Shown here piece by piece: positions 26,946 through 37,776 of a DNA stretch of 64,000 bases (positions are counted from its first letter, which is position 1; every line of letters begins with the position of its first letter). The notes below the pieces were generated by a model. The model made no database searches. It was not told the origin of the DNA and was given only the letters and a program-made list of their open reading frames with translations. The translations under genes were made by a program, and so were the position numbers. This DNA comes from an uncultured Bacteroidales bacterium (GTDB lineage: Bacteria > Bacteroidota > Bacteroidia > Bacteroidales > CAIWKO01): contig CAZRFL010000004.1 in assembly GCA_964599365.1 (NCBI GenBank), positions 22,834 to 86,833 on the forward strand. Direction: 5' to 3'.

Positions 26946-29345
26946 TTAAAAGTTTAAGCAGTACTGTATAGCAATATTCCTTGGTGCCTCAATCAAACCC
27001 GGACGTGCCATGTATTCTGTATTGAAAACATTATTCACGAACAATCCCAGTCTTTGTGTCTCAGTAATATCAAAAAGACCCCTCATGTTGACAACTGTAT
27101 AGCCCTTATTGTGTTTTTCACGATACTCTTTTACACCGGGAAGCAAATTGGAAGAAGGTATACCCGGTATGAGTTCGCTTTCAAAAGCCTTGTCAATATT
27201 GATCATATTACTGCTGTAATTAAGGCCTATTCCAAAAGTAAAAAATGCAAATGTAACTTCAAAATCAGCCTTTACTGAATGCAGCGAACGGTATTTTAAA
27301 TACTTATTGTTTTCAGTCTTGGTGGTGTCTGCACTTGCATCATAATTCATGTCAACAGGGTTATTAAAGGTATACCCGGCAAGAATAGTGGCAGGAAATC
27401 CAAATAATGTACCCTGACCTGTGAAAGTAATATCTATCCCGTTTATTCTGGCATGACCTACGTTGAGTGATTTAAAGCCTACATCACTCAGTGTGGGATA
27501 TAACGCTGTATCCGGTTTATAAATACCGAAGGTAAACTCAATCATATCCGTATATTCGGTCCAGAATCCGGCGACATCCAGATATCCGTTCCAACGGCCC
27601 ATCTTCACACCTTGTTTTACACCCAATTCGGCGCTCCAGCCAGTTTCAGGCTTAAGAGTTTTGTTCGGAAAAATATTCAAACCGCCAATACTGGTTTTGA
27701 CAAATTTCTCAGCAATAGAAGGGAAACGATATCCCTGTCCGAAAGATGCCCTGATAAAAGTGTATTTGGTTGCCTGGTAATTAATCCCTGCTCTGAACAC
27801 CGGCATAAAGGGCAGTGTGTGGTTTTTCCCCTTGATCTTGAACGAAAAGGTAGATTCCGATTGCGCGGTATCTATTCTGAAATATTCTCCTCTTATCCCC
27901 AATGAGATCGTAAGCTTTTTCCAGAATTTAGCATCGTACTGAGCATATAGGGAGGCGTTGAGCCCATCATGATTACCAAACAATTGTGCCTGCGAGTTAG
28001 AATAACTTCCCGAAATACCAGCAGTAAGATTATGTTTCCCTTTAAAGTTATGTTGATACTGATAATCGCCATAATAAATATCGGCTTCGTTATTTTTATC
28101 AGGCTCGGTCCTAAAGATATTGGATGTGCGGAAATACCTTAATTTTAAACTGTATTTACTCCCCTTTTTATTGAAATACATGAAATAGGGATCCACATTG
28201 ATTCTGTATCCCATGTTATGAGTAATAGCTGCCGGATTTTGTTTCCAGGCACCGGAGTCAGCATCCTGCCACAAGAAAAAGTCTGACTTTTCGCCAAGCA
28301 TATAATTTGTATTCAATCCGAAGGAAAGGCCTTCGATCTTTTTTACACGGTATCTCAGGTTTGCATTAACCCTTACCCTTCTTTCTGCGTTGGGCAGACG
28401 GAATCCCTGGTCTTCAAAAAAGTTACCTCCTACTACTAAATCGAACTGTCCTATTTTTCTGGAATGAGAAAAGTTGATTCCACCAAATTCGGGATTTTTT
28501 ACACCAAAACCTGATAAGGGGAAAAGAAATACTCCCTCACTAACGGTGTTCAGGCCTGGTTTAGTATCGTTCCACCATATAAGTTCTTTTCTTTTCGGAT
28601 CCATATAAACCCCATTGTTGATTGAAATTTTCGTGTGTGGTTTATCAGAAGGATAGGCGGTACGTAAGTTGATAACGCCATTCAAAGCCGAAGAACCAAA
28701 AAGGGCAGATGAGGCACCTTTAATAACCTCAACCTGCGAAATGTTCTCAATAGGCATGAAGTTCCACTTGGCATCGCCTGCGTCGGGCGACAACATGGGA
28801 ATATCGTCCACCATGACCAATACGCGGCTTCCGGCACCATAACTATAACCGCTTCCCGACCTTATGCTGGGTTGTCCGTCGTAAATATCCACACCCGGCA
28901 ACTTATTGATAGCATCATTAATTACGTTTACATTTTGATTGGTAATCTGCTCCGGCTTCAACACAGACATGGAGATGGTAACATCAGAAAGTTTTTGTTC
29001 GAATTTTCCGGCACTCACTACCACTCCTTCAATCAGCATGGATTCCTCAACCATGTTGATGTTTTCGGTCACTACTTGTCCAGCCTTAAGCTCGTATGTC
29101 TTTTCAATGGTTCCAAAGCCAATATATTTAAATGACACCTTGACACTTCCTGCATCCACTTTCAGGCTGAAATTGCCGTCAATATCAGAAACAACTCCGT
29201 TTTTTTCGTCCAGAATTACGTTAACTCCAGGAATGGTTTCTTTCGTTTTTCCGTTAAATATTTTCCCCTTTATTTGAGCCTGTTGGGCGAATAAAGCAAC
29301 GGATGCGAATAAAATAGTGAATGTCAGAATAAATATTTTCCTCAT
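26946..29345 (-). CDS. TonB-dependent outer membrane receptor
   Basis: Signal peptide MRKIFIL (start 29345), CarboxypepD_reg-like N-domain, plug motif VEVIKGASSALFGSSALNGVIN, C-terminal Phe. Confidence 0.9.
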   Translation of the reverse strand: MRKIFILTFTILFASVALFAQQAQIKGKIFNGKTKETIPGVNVILDEKNGVVSDIDGNFSLKVDAGSVKVSFKYIGFGTIEKTYELKAGQVVTENINMVEESMLIEGVVVSAGKFEQKLSDVTISMSVLKPEQITNQNVNVINDAINKLPGVDIYDGQPSIRSGSGYSYGAGSRVLVMVDDIPMLSPDAGDAKWNFMPIENISQVEVIKGASSALFGSSALNGVINLRTAYPSDKPHTKISINNGVYMDPKRKELIWWNDTKPGLNTVSEGVFLFPLSGFGVKNPEFGGINFSHSRKIGQFDLVVGGNFFEDQGFRLPNAERRVRVNANLRYRVKKIEGLSFGLNTNYMLGEKSDFFLWQDADSGAWKQNPAAITHNMGYRINVDPYFMYFNKKGSKYSLKLRYFRTSNIFRTEPDKNNEADIYYGDYQYQHNFKGKHNLTAGISGSYSNSQAQLFGNHDGLNASLYAQYDAKFWKKLTISLGIRGEYFRIDTAQSESTFSFKIKGKNHTLPFMPVFRAGINYQATKYTFIRASFGQGYRFPSIAEKFVKTSIGGLNIFPNKTLKPETGWSAELGVKQGVKMGRWNGYLDVAGFWTEYTDMIEFTFGIYKPDTALYPTLSDVGFKSLNVGHARINGIDITFTGQGTLFGFPATILAGYTFNNPVDMNYDASADTTKTENNKYLKYRSLHSVKADFEVTFAFFTFGIGLNYSSNMINIDKAFESELIPGIPSSNLLPGVKEYREKHNKGYTVVNMRGLFDITETQRLGLFVNNVFNTEYMARPGLIEAPRNIAIQYCLNF

Positions 29346-29646
29346 AGCGATTATTTTAGTGGATGCAAATTTAGGAAATAATTCAAAACTCCGGCCTCTT
29401 TTACAGTGCTGTATTTCAACAACATATAAACAGGGATGGATTTGACAAATTAAGCAAACTCTTTGCACCCCGCGTTTTCATTGACTTTCAGTAACGAAAA
29501 CCCTTCTGTTTACAGGGCTTTTAAAAGGAGATTTATTTTGTTAAAAAAACTTAAAAGTCAACTTTCTCATCCCAAACATGATTTAAATCAACTTGAAACG
29601 CATTATAAAACAGCTGATTTCAACAGAAAAAACCTGTTTTCTGAAA

Positions 29647-32046
29647 TTACAACTTCAAAGAGTAGTTCAAGGCAATGTTTCGGGGGGCTTCGAGAAAGCC
29701 CGGACGGGTCATATATTCTGAATTCAAAGCATTATTCATGAACAAACCTATCCTTTGATTTTCGGTAATATCTACCCACAGACGGATGTTTAGTAAATGA
29801 TAGCCCTTATTGTGCTCATCACGATATTGTTTCAATCCAGGCAGCAATTCCGAGGAGGGTATTCCTTCTATCAGAGGCGACTCGAAAGCATGGTCGATAT
29901 TGATGGTATTGCTGTTATAGGTGTAAGAGGCTCCAATGGTTACTATACTGAAAGTGATCTCAAAATCGGTCTTCACAGAATGAAAGTAACGATACTTAAG
30001 GTATTTATTGCCAGTAACCGTATCTATTGAAGGATCATAATCAAGATTCACCGGGTTCATGTAAGTGTATCCTGCCAGGAAGGAAGCAGGAAAACCAAAG
30101 AAAGTCCCCTTGGCAGCTACGGTAAGGTCAATGCCGTTGATTCGGGCATGCCCCACATTGATGGATTTAAATCCAACGTCTTTCATGGTCGGATATAAGG
30201 CCGTATCGGGTTTGTAGATGCCGAAGGTAAACTCCATCATGTTTTTGTATTGAGTCCAGAATCCTGCCAGATCCACATATCCCGACCAGGTACCCACTTT
30301 AAATCCCTGCTTGATACCCAACTCGGCACTCCATCCGGTTTCGGGCTGAAGGTCGGGATTGGGGAAAATGTTCAATCCGCCAAGGCTGGTCTGAATGTAT
30401 TTTTCAGCTATGGTCGGAAATCTGTATCCTTGACCAAAGGAAGCTCGGATAAAAGTATATTTAGCCGCATTATAATTTACACCAACCCTGAATACAGGCT
30501 CAATAGGTATCTTCAGCGTGTCCTTCTTGGTCTTTATCGAAAAAGAAGATACGGTTTCCGACTTGTCTATCTTAAAATATTCACCCCTTATGCCCAGCGA
30601 AAAGGTGAACTTTTTCCAGACATTGGCATCCAATTGCGCGTAGACCGAAGCATTGATGCCCGAATGGTGCCCGAACAGTTTGGCCGTCGATTCGGTATAA
30701 TTGCCCGACAAACCGGCTGTGAAATTATACCGGTCCTTGAATTTATGCTGATATTGATAATCGCCATAAATCACATTGGCATCATTATTTTTCGAGGGGT
30801 CTTCGGCAAAATGGTTGGTATGCCTGAAATACCTCATCTTGATGGAATATTTGCTGGCCCGTTTGTTAAAGTATAACATATAGGGATCGATATTAAAACG
30901 GTAGCCTTTATTATAATTTACAGTGGATTGATTCTGACGGTAGGCACCCGAATCGGCATTCTGCCACAAAAAGAAATTGGTCTTATCCTGGTACATATAA
31001 TTGCCGTTGATGCCGAACGACAGTCCCTCAATCTTTTTCACACGATAGCGCAGATTCACATTGATGCGGCTGCGCGATTCGCTTTCGTCCTGACGAAAAC
31101 TTTGATTCTTGTATGTGTTTCCACCTATAACCAGGTCCAACTGACCAATCTTGCGCGAATGAAAGAAATTCAATCCGCCAAACCCGGGATTCTTTACACC
31201 AAAGTTCGACAAGGGGAAGAAAAACACTCCGGCACTGCCTTTCGAATATTTCAGGTCTTCGTCGTCCCACCAAATGAGTTCTTTCCTTTTCGGGTTCATG
31301 TAGACACCGTTGTTTATGGTGATTTTAGTTTCGGGTTTATCCTTGGGAAAAGCCGTACGAAGATTGATGACCCCATTGAGGGCCGAGGAGCCGAACAGAG
31401 CCGAAGAGGCCCCTTTCAACACCTCCACCTGGGCGAGGTTCTCAATAGGTAAATAGTTCCATTTCACGTCACCGGCATCGGGTGTAAGCATGGGAAGATC
31501 GTCGACCAGGAGCAACACACGGCTTCCGGCGCCGTAGCTGTAACCGCTGCCTCCGCGAATGCTGGGCTGCGAATCGTAAATATCAACGCCCGAGACCTTA
31601 TTCAGCGATTCCATGATGTTGTTGGCATTTTGGTTGGCTATCTGGTCGGCTTTGATCACTTCCATAGAAATGGTTACATCCGAAAGCTTCTGCTCAAACT
31701 TTCCGGCGCTTACCACCACACCTTCCAGTGCCTGGCTTTGTTCGGTCATCTGTATGTCCAGCGAAATGGTTTCCCCAGGCTTCAGATCGACCACCTTGGT
31801 GACATTGGCAAAGCCGATGTATTTAAAAACCAGTCGGTTTTTGCCGTCGTGAACCTTCAATTCAAACTTTCCGTGGATGTCGGAAGCCACTCCTGTTTTT
31901 TCTTCCGTTAGTACATTCACCCCGGGAATGGTCTCGTGGCTGGTGGCATTGGTTATGGTCCCTTTGACGGTGGCATTTTGCGCCCAAAGCGACGAAACAG
32001 ACCAAAGGATCAAAATAATAGTGAGAAAAGAGTATTTGTGCTTCAT
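29647..32046 (-). CDS. TonB-dependent outer membrane receptor (paralog)
   Basis: Same architecture and plug motif as the downstream gene. Confidence 0.9.
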   Translation of the reverse strand: MKHKYSFLTIILILWSVSSLWAQNATVKGTITNATSHETIPGVNVLTEEKTGVASDIHGKFELKVHDGKNRLVFKYIGFANVTKVVDLKPGETISLDIQMTEQSQALEGVVVSAGKFEQKLSDVTISMEVIKADQIANQNANNIMESLNKVSGVDIYDSQPSIRGGSGYSYGAGSRVLLLVDDLPMLTPDAGDVKWNYLPIENLAQVEVLKGASSALFGSSALNGVINLRTAFPKDKPETKITINNGVYMNPKRKELIWWDDEDLKYSKGSAGVFFFPLSNFGVKNPGFGGLNFFHSRKIGQLDLVIGGNTYKNQSFRQDESESRSRINVNLRYRVKKIEGLSFGINGNYMYQDKTNFFLWQNADSGAYRQNQSTVNYNKGYRFNIDPYMLYFNKRASKYSIKMRYFRHTNHFAEDPSKNNDANVIYGDYQYQHKFKDRYNFTAGLSGNYTESTAKLFGHHSGINASVYAQLDANVWKKFTFSLGIRGEYFKIDKSETVSSFSIKTKKDTLKIPIEPVFRVGVNYNAAKYTFIRASFGQGYRFPTIAEKYIQTSLGGLNIFPNPDLQPETGWSAELGIKQGFKVGTWSGYVDLAGFWTQYKNMMEFTFGIYKPDTALYPTMKDVGFKSINVGHARINGIDLTVAAKGTFFGFPASFLAGYTYMNPVNLDYDPSIDTVTGNKYLKYRYFHSVKTDFEITFSIVTIGASYTYNSNTINIDHAFESPLIEGIPSSELLPGLKQYRDEHNKGYHLLNIRLWVDITENQRIGLFMNNALNSEYMTRPGFLEAPRNIALNYSLKL

Positions 32047-32166
32047 GAGGAGGGTTTTACTGGCGAAAAATTTCCTAACAAAAATAGTAATTATAATATT
32101 TCCCGGAGTTTTATTTTGTTTTACTTAATTTTAGGGTCGGATTCTATCATAACAGCTTTAGTCATC

Positions 32167-33264
32167 ATGTTACAATATCAGATAGCCATCACTTTGATCC
32201 CCGGTATTGGCGATATTACCGGAAAAAAACTTATTGAGCACTGTGGAGGTGTGGAGGCTGTTTTTACGGAAAAGAAACAAAATCTGAAGAAGATACCCGG
32301 TATTGGCGATGCCTTAGTGGCGTCCATTGTTAACGGGCGAAGCGAGGCATTGGCCCGGGCCGAAAAAGAGATGGTGTTCATAGAAAGATACAAGATCACC
32401 TCTATGTTCTATACCAAAGACCATTATCCCCAACGCCTGCGTAATTGCATTGATTCGCCCATGATGTTGTATTTTAAAGGAAATTGCGACCTGAACCAGG
32501 CCAAAGTGTTGAGCATAGTGGGCACCCGCAGCGCCACCGAATACGGAAGAAATTGCTGCAAGGCCATTGTCGAAGGATTTGCCGGCAGCGAAGTGCTTAT
32601 CGCCAGCGGACTGGCACACGGCATAGACACCTGTGCCCACAAGGAAGCCCTGAAAAACAAACTGGAAACCGTGGGCGTGTTGGGCCATGGGCTGGACCGA
32701 TTGTATCCTTCTGAGAACCGGGCTTTGGCGGAGAAAATGCTGGAAACAGGCGGCTTGCTTACCGACTTTATGAGCGAAACCAATCCCGACCGCGAGAATT
32801 TCCCCCGACGCAACCGCATAATCGCAGGCATGGCCGACGCTACTTTGGTTGTGGAGGCCGCCAAAAAAGGTGGGGCACTCATTACCGCCGACATAGCCAA
32901 CTCATACAACCGCGATGTGTTTGCCGTTCCCGGCAGAATAGGGGATGCGTATTCCGAAGGCTGCAATTATTTTATCAAGATCAACAAAGCCGCCCTGGTG
33001 CAATCGGCCGACGACATCAAATATATCATGAAGTGGAAGACCGAAGAACCTAAGACCGAAGGACTGCAACGCAAGCTTTTCATCAACCTCAGCCCGGACG
33101 AAGAGGCCATCATTGCCCTGCTGACCGAAACGCCCGAACTCAGTATAGACTCTATTTGCTACAGTATGCAAACCACCATGAGCCGCGTGGCCACCGCCCT
33201 GCTCAATATGGAGTTCGAAGGTATTATCAAGCGATTGCCGGGGAAGATGTATAGGTTGCAGTAA
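32167..33264 (+). CDS. dprA: DNA-processing protein DprA
   Basis: IVGTRSAT.YG, SGLAHGID, FPRRNRIIAG, GALITA, VFAVPG; start reassigned to ATG 32167. Confidence 0.93.
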   Translation: MLQYQIAITLIPGIGDITGKKLIEHCGGVEAVFTEKKQNLKKIPGIGDALVASIVNGRSEALARAEKEMVFIERYKITSMFYTKDHYPQRLRNCIDSPMMLYFKGNCDLNQAKVLSIVGTRSATEYGRNCCKAIVEGFAGSEVLIASGLAHGIDTCAHKEALKNKLETVGVLGHGLDRLYPSENRALAEKMLETGGLLTDFMSETNPDRENFPRRNRIIAGMADATLVVEAAKKGGALITADIANSYNRDVFAVPGRIGDAYSEGCNYFIKINKAALVQSADDIKYIMKWKTEEPKTEGLQRKLFINLSPDEEAIIALLTETPELSIDSICYSMQTTMSRVATALLNMEFEGIIKRLPGKMYRLQ

Positions 33265-33274
33265 AAAATTATTC

Positions 33275-33967
33275 CTAAACCGTCCTAAACGGCGAGCCCT
33301 TCTGCAGCCTGCGTATGGCCACAAACGAAATGCCCACCGAGGCGCCCAGTGCCACAAACGATAGTACGGCCAGTTGTGTCATTTCCTGCTGGAAGAGGAA
33401 GAAATCGTATAAGCCATGAACGAACACCGCTATGCCGCAACCCAGTAACATATTCCATAAAGGGTAGCGGGCAAACTTGGCTTTTCCCACAAAATATCCC
33501 ATAAAAATAGCACAAACCGCATGCAGGGGCACTGCCGTAAACATTCGCAGCACCGCCGTGCCCAGGCCATCGAAGGCCACATACATCACATTTTCGAGGG
33601 TGGCAAACCCCATGGAGATCATAATAGAATAGACTATGCCATCAAAAGGTTCGTTGAAATCTTTTTTCGGAAAAGCATACACCCTCAGGAAAAAAAACTT
33701 GCTCATCTCTTCGGCTATGCCCACCACCCCGAAAGCATACACCATGGTCATGAGCCATCCCTGGTTCTCGTTCAGGCCCAACCGGCCCATGCCCAATTCC
33801 ATAAGAATGGCCGGCACTATGCTCAGCAATCCGAACAGAAAACAGTTGCGCAGCAGTCGGAAAGGTTCTTTTTCATACTTATCGCGGAAATAAATAAAGA
33901 ACACTATTCCCACCCCTGGGGCAATGGCAAGAGGAATGGCAAGCAGTAGTATATTGGCAATTTGCAT
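33275..33967 (-). CDS. PrsW-family intramembrane glutamic protease
   Basis: DKYEKEP, EEMSK, GFATLEN, VPLHA, HGLYD. Confidence 0.9.
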   Translation of the reverse strand: MQIANILLLAIPLAIAPGVGIVFFIYFRDKYEKEPFRLLRNCFLFGLLSIVPAILMELGMGRLGLNENQGWLMTMVYAFGVVGIAEEMSKFFFLRVYAFPKKDFNEPFDGIVYSIMISMGFATLENVMYVAFDGLGTAVLRMFTAVPLHAVCAIFMGYFVGKAKFARYPLWNMLLGCGIAVFVHGLYDFFLFQQEMTQLAVLSFVALGASVGISFVAIRRLQKGSPFRTV

Positions 33968-33993
33968 GAAGGGATTTTTTACAAAAGTAATAT

Positions 33994-34160
33994 AGAATTC
34001 AGATTTCAGAAGTCAGAACTCAGAATTTAGCCCCGCAGGGGGCCCTATGGGGCCATAAGCCACCAGCCACTGCCTGCGCCCTGAGCCTGTCGAAGGGCTG
34101 TCTTCGGACTTTCCCGAAGGGACACCTATGGCGCAGTCTCCGGACTTCCAACTTCCTCTC
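33994..34160. repeat. Composite of 7-mer tandem repeats and REP-like hairpins
   Basis: Five AGAwnTy heptamers at 33994-34028; ccccgcagggggccctatgggg; gccctgagcctgtcgaagggc; cccgaagggacacctatgg. Confidence 0.55.
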
Positions 34161-34234
34161 CAAATATTCTTCCCAAAAAATTCGTGCTTTTATACGTCAA
34201 AAAAGTTATTTTTGTAAAAAGAAAAAATACTTTT

Positions 34235-34852
34235 ATGCACATAGCTATAGCAGGAAATATAGGCAGCGGAAAGACCACCTTAACGGGAATTCTGGCCAAA
34301 CAATTCAAATGGGAACCTCATTACGAAGACGTTGAAACCAATCCTTATCTCAACAGTTTTTATGAAGATATGCAGCGCTGGTCGTTCAATCTGCAGATAT
34401 ATTTTCTGAACAGCCGTTTCAGGCAGATAGTGCAAATTCGCGAAAGCGGAAAAACCATCATTCAGGACCGCACCATATACGAAGATGCGCATATTTTTGC
34501 GCCCAACCTTCATACCATGGGCTTGATGACCTCACGTGATTTCGACAATTACAAATCCCTGTTCGACCTGATGGCCACCTTCATCAAACCACCCGATTTG
34601 CTTATCTACCTGAGAGCCGAAGTGCCTACCTTGGTGCGACAGATACAGAAGCGCGGCCGCGATTACGAGAACTCCATACGCATAGATTACCTCACCCGTC
34701 TGAACGAAAGATATGAAGCCTGGATATCCTCTTATGATATAGGCAAGCTGCTGATAGTGGATGTAGACGACAAAGATTTCGCCAACAATTCGGCCGACCT
34801 CGAAAAATTCATCGAAAATATCAACGCTGAACTTTACGGTCTGTTCAAATAG
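34235..34852 (+). CDS. Deoxynucleoside kinase
   Basis: AGNIGSGKTT P-loop, QDRTIYED, RGRDYE. Confidence 0.92.
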   Translation: MHIAIAGNIGSGKTTLTGILAKQFKWEPHYEDVETNPYLNSFYEDMQRWSFNLQIYFLNSRFRQIVQIRESGKTIIQDRTIYEDAHIFAPNLHTMGLMTSRDFDNYKSLFDLMATFIKPPDLLIYLRAEVPTLVRQIQKRGRDYENSIRIDYLTRLNERYEAWISSYDIGKLLIVDVDDKDFANNSADLEKFIENINAELYGLFK

Positions 34853-34863
34853 ATCCCCCCTCT

Positions 34864-35616
34864 ATGAAGATCATCGGAATCATTCCGGCCCGTTATGCTT
34901 CCACCCGTTTTCCGGGGAAACCCCTAGTGGACATTCATGGCAAGACCATGATACAACGGGTGTACGAACAGGCCAAAAAAACCACCTTGCTCAGCGATGT
35001 ATATGTGGCCACGGATGATGCCCGTATCTTCGATCACGTGTTAGGTTTTGGCGGCAAGGCGATGATGACTTCCGAGCACCACCGCACCGGAACCGAGCGT
35101 TGCCACGAGGTGGTGACGAAATTGCTGGCAGAAAATGTTCCCATTGAGGTAGCCATCAACATTCAGGGCGACGAGCCTTTTATTCATCCCGAGCAGATTG
35201 ACCTGCTGGCTTCGTGTTTCAGCAATCCGGATGTACATATTGCCACCCTGATAAAAAAAATTATTCACCCCGACGAGCTCACCGACGCCAACACTATAAA
35301 AGTTGTGGTCAATAAGTTAAACGATGCCATCTACTTTTCGCGTACCGCCATACCTTACATTCGGGACAAATATCATGAAACCTGGATCAACTTTCACACG
35401 TATTACAAACACATCGGTATCTATGCTTACCGGACAGTAACACTGACGAACATTACGGCTTTGCAGCCGGGTTCGCTGGAAATGGCCGAATCGCTCGAAC
35501 AACTCAGATGGCTCGAAAACGGGTATCATATTCATACCCTGCTCACGGAATTTGAGAGCCATTCGGTAGATGTGCCCGCTGATCTGTTAAAGTTTGATAC
35601 TCTTGCGAAAGATTGA
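34864..35616 (+). CDS. kdsB: 3-deoxy-manno-octulosonate cytidylyltransferase
   Basis: IPARYASTRFPGKPL, NIQGDEP, HIGIYAY, ESLEQLR. Confidence 0.95.
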   Translation: MKIIGIIPARYASTRFPGKPLVDIHGKTMIQRVYEQAKKTTLLSDVYVATDDARIFDHVLGFGGKAMMTSEHHRTGTERCHEVVTKLLAENVPIEVAINIQGDEPFIHPEQIDLLASCFSNPDVHIATLIKKIIHPDELTDANTIKVVVNKLNDAIYFSRTAIPYIRDKYHETWINFHTYYKHIGIYAYRTVTLTNITALQPGSLEMAESLEQLRWLENGYHIHTLLTEFESHSVDVPADLLKFDTLAKD

Positions 35617-35670
35617 GGATTTTTACCTAATTTAGCTTCGTTAAAAAGCTGGATTTTACTTTTTTTTAAA

Positions 35671-36747
35671 ATGAATGTGCTTCAGTATATAAGTGAGTTG
35701 TTGTATAGACACGATTGTGTCATAGTTCCGGGCTTTGGCGGTTTTGTAGCCAATCCGGTTTCGGCTTCTATTCACCCGATTTCTCATAGTTTCTCGCCTC
35801 CGAGCAAAGAAATCATGTTCAACCCTGCCCTCACCACCAACGACGGCATACTGGCCAACCATATAGCCGCCAGGGAAAACATCACTTACGCCCATGCCCT
35901 GCACGAGATACACAATTTCGTGGCAGAGATCAGGGCCACTTTGGATAAAGGAGAAAACATAGGTATTAGCCGTGTTGGTACCATATATCTGGATATGGAA
36001 TCAAAATACATCTTCAATCCCGAAAAAGAAACCAACTATCTGCTGTCATCTTTCGGCCTCAGCAACTTCAGTTCGCCCGCCATTCAGCGCGAAGGCATTG
36101 AAAAACGCATAGAAAAAGCATTTACCGAATCCAAAGTGTTCCGCTCCGAACGTAAGAAGCCGAACGTGTTTGCCAAAGTAGCCATCATTTCCATTCCTGC
36201 CGCGGCAGTGTTTGTTTGGGGATTTCTGAATGTGGGTGTGATACAGGATGTGTCGACCAACTATTCCAACCTCCTGTCCATCTTTGCAGACAAATCGGAG
36301 CCAAAGGCTGAGGTTCGCACGCCTTTCAGCTTTAACCCCAGGTCTGTAAGCCCTTTCACCGATGAGGATGCTTTTGATGTTTCGGGCAAATACAATGTTT
36401 TTCAGCACCGCGTCCCCAATTCCGTGATCTATCCCTGCCTCGTAAGCAGCGATACCCTTTCGGAAACGCTTGCCCCAGTCGAAAACGAAACACAGGCAGA
36501 AGCCGTGACGCCTACGGGTTGCAGTTTTTATATCATAGGAAGCTGCAATAAAAGTCGCGAAAATGCCGAAAACTATAAACAAAGCCTAATCAGCAAGGGA
36601 TATTCCAATGCCAACATCATAGAGCCTTCCGGCAACGGACTCTTTAAGGTTTTCATCAATTGTTTCGACAACGAAGCATCGGCCAACGAAGCCATGAATC
36701 AGATCCATGCAGAGGTAAACCCCAATGCCTGGCTGTTGAAAATGTAA
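35671..36747 (+). CDS. HU-CCDC81-like N-domain / SPOR-domain membrane protein
   Basis: LLYRHDCVIVPGFGGFV, NDGILA, one TM helix, C-terminal SPOR-like domain ending AWLL. Confidence 0.8.
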   Translation: MNVLQYISELLYRHDCVIVPGFGGFVANPVSASIHPISHSFSPPSKEIMFNPALTTNDGILANHIAARENITYAHALHEIHNFVAEIRATLDKGENIGISRVGTIYLDMESKYIFNPEKETNYLLSSFGLSNFSSPAIQREGIEKRIEKAFTESKVFRSERKKPNVFAKVAIISIPAAAVFVWGFLNVGVIQDVSTNYSNLLSIFADKSEPKAEVRTPFSFNPRSVSPFTDEDAFDVSGKYNVFQHRVPNSVIYPCLVSSDTLSETLAPVENETQAEAVTPTGCSFYIIGSCNKSRENAENYKQSLISKGYSNANIIEPSGNGLFKVFINCFDNEASANEAMNQIHAEVNPNAWLLKM

Positions 36748-36759
36748 TCTGAGCATCTA

Positions 36760-37422
36760 GTGGGAAAAGACAAGCACAAGCGTTTCGCAGAAACTGCCAC
36801 CTTTAATAATTTTATTCAACCTCCTCAATATTACCATACCGAAGAACATGCACTGAAAGGCAAATGGGGTTCGGATTATTTCGGCAACGATCATCCCATC
36901 ACTCTGGAGTTGGGCTGCGGCAAGGGAGAATATACCGTGGGGCTAGCCACCCGTTATCCCGAAAACAACTACATAGGCGCTGATATAAAAGGTGCCCGTA
37001 TGTGGCGTGGAGCCAAAACAGCACTCGAGAACCATATCAACAATGTGGGTTTTCTGCGCATTCCTATCGATCAGATCGTGCAATTCTTTGGCAAAGACGA
37101 GGTAAGCGGCATATGGATCACCTTTCCCGATCCCCAGCCTCAAAAACCCCGAACCAACAAAAGGCTTACCAGCCCCAGATTTCTGGAACGTTACTCAAAA
37201 TTCCTCAAACCGGGCTCGGTCATTCACCTGAAAACGGACAATGATCCTTTCTTTGACTATACCCTAGAGGTGATAGCTCAGCACGGCCACAAACTATTGT
37301 ATGAGACACACCACCTGTACCAAACGGAACTGGATAACGAAGCCAAACATATTCAGACCTATTACGAGTCTATTTTCCTTGCACAGGGAAAGAACATCTG
37401 CTATTTAACCTTCCAACTGTAA
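36760..37422 (+). CDS. trmB: tRNA (guanosine(46)-N7)-methyltransferase
   Basis: LELGCGKGEY, ITFPDP, HLKTD, QTYYE. Confidence 0.94.
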   Translation: MGKDKHKRFAETATFNNFIQPPQYYHTEEHALKGKWGSDYFGNDHPITLELGCGKGEYTVGLATRYPENNYIGADIKGARMWRGAKTALENHINNVGFLRIPIDQIVQFFGKDEVSGIWITFPDPQPQKPRTNKRLTSPRFLERYSKFLKPGSVIHLKTDNDPFFDYTLEVIAQHGHKLLYETHHLYQTELDNEAKHIQTYYESIFLAQGKNICYLTFQL

Positions 37423-37428
37423 TTTCCT

Positions 37429-37776
37429 TTGGAAAAGTCATCCGCCCACGAGGAGTCCTTTTTCGACAAAGTGTACCAGGTAGCCCGCCTTATCCCTCAT
37501 GGCCGCATCACCACTTACGGATCCATTGCCGAGTATTTGGGGACTAGAGGTTCGGCACGCATGGTAGGCTGGGCCATGAACCAATCGCACACCCAGAAAG
37601 AATACGTTCCGGCTCACCGTGTGGTGAACCGAAAAGGCATATTATCGGGTAAGCATCATTTCGGCGGCAGCACGGTAATGCAGCAACTTCTCGAAAACGA
37701 AGGTATAGTAGTGATTGATGATGAGATTCAGGACTTCGATAAACTCTTCTGGAGTCCGGCCGAAAACCTTATTTAG
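37429..37776 (+). CDS. MGMT-family / alkyltransferase-like protein
   Basis: IPHGRITTYGSIA, ARMVGWAM, PAHRVVN (no catalytic Cys). Confidence 0.88.
   Translation: MEKSSAHEESFFDKVYQVARLIPHGRITTYGSIAEYLGTRGSARMVGWAMNQSHTQKEYVPAHRVVNRKGILSGKHHFGGSTVMQQLLENEGIVVIDDEIQDFDKLFWSPAENLI

Noticed and set aside
30250-33949. Long antisense or alternate-frame ORFs over the TonB receptor, dprA and prsW
   Set aside because: Shadow ORFs of GC-richer genes with no recognisable motifs
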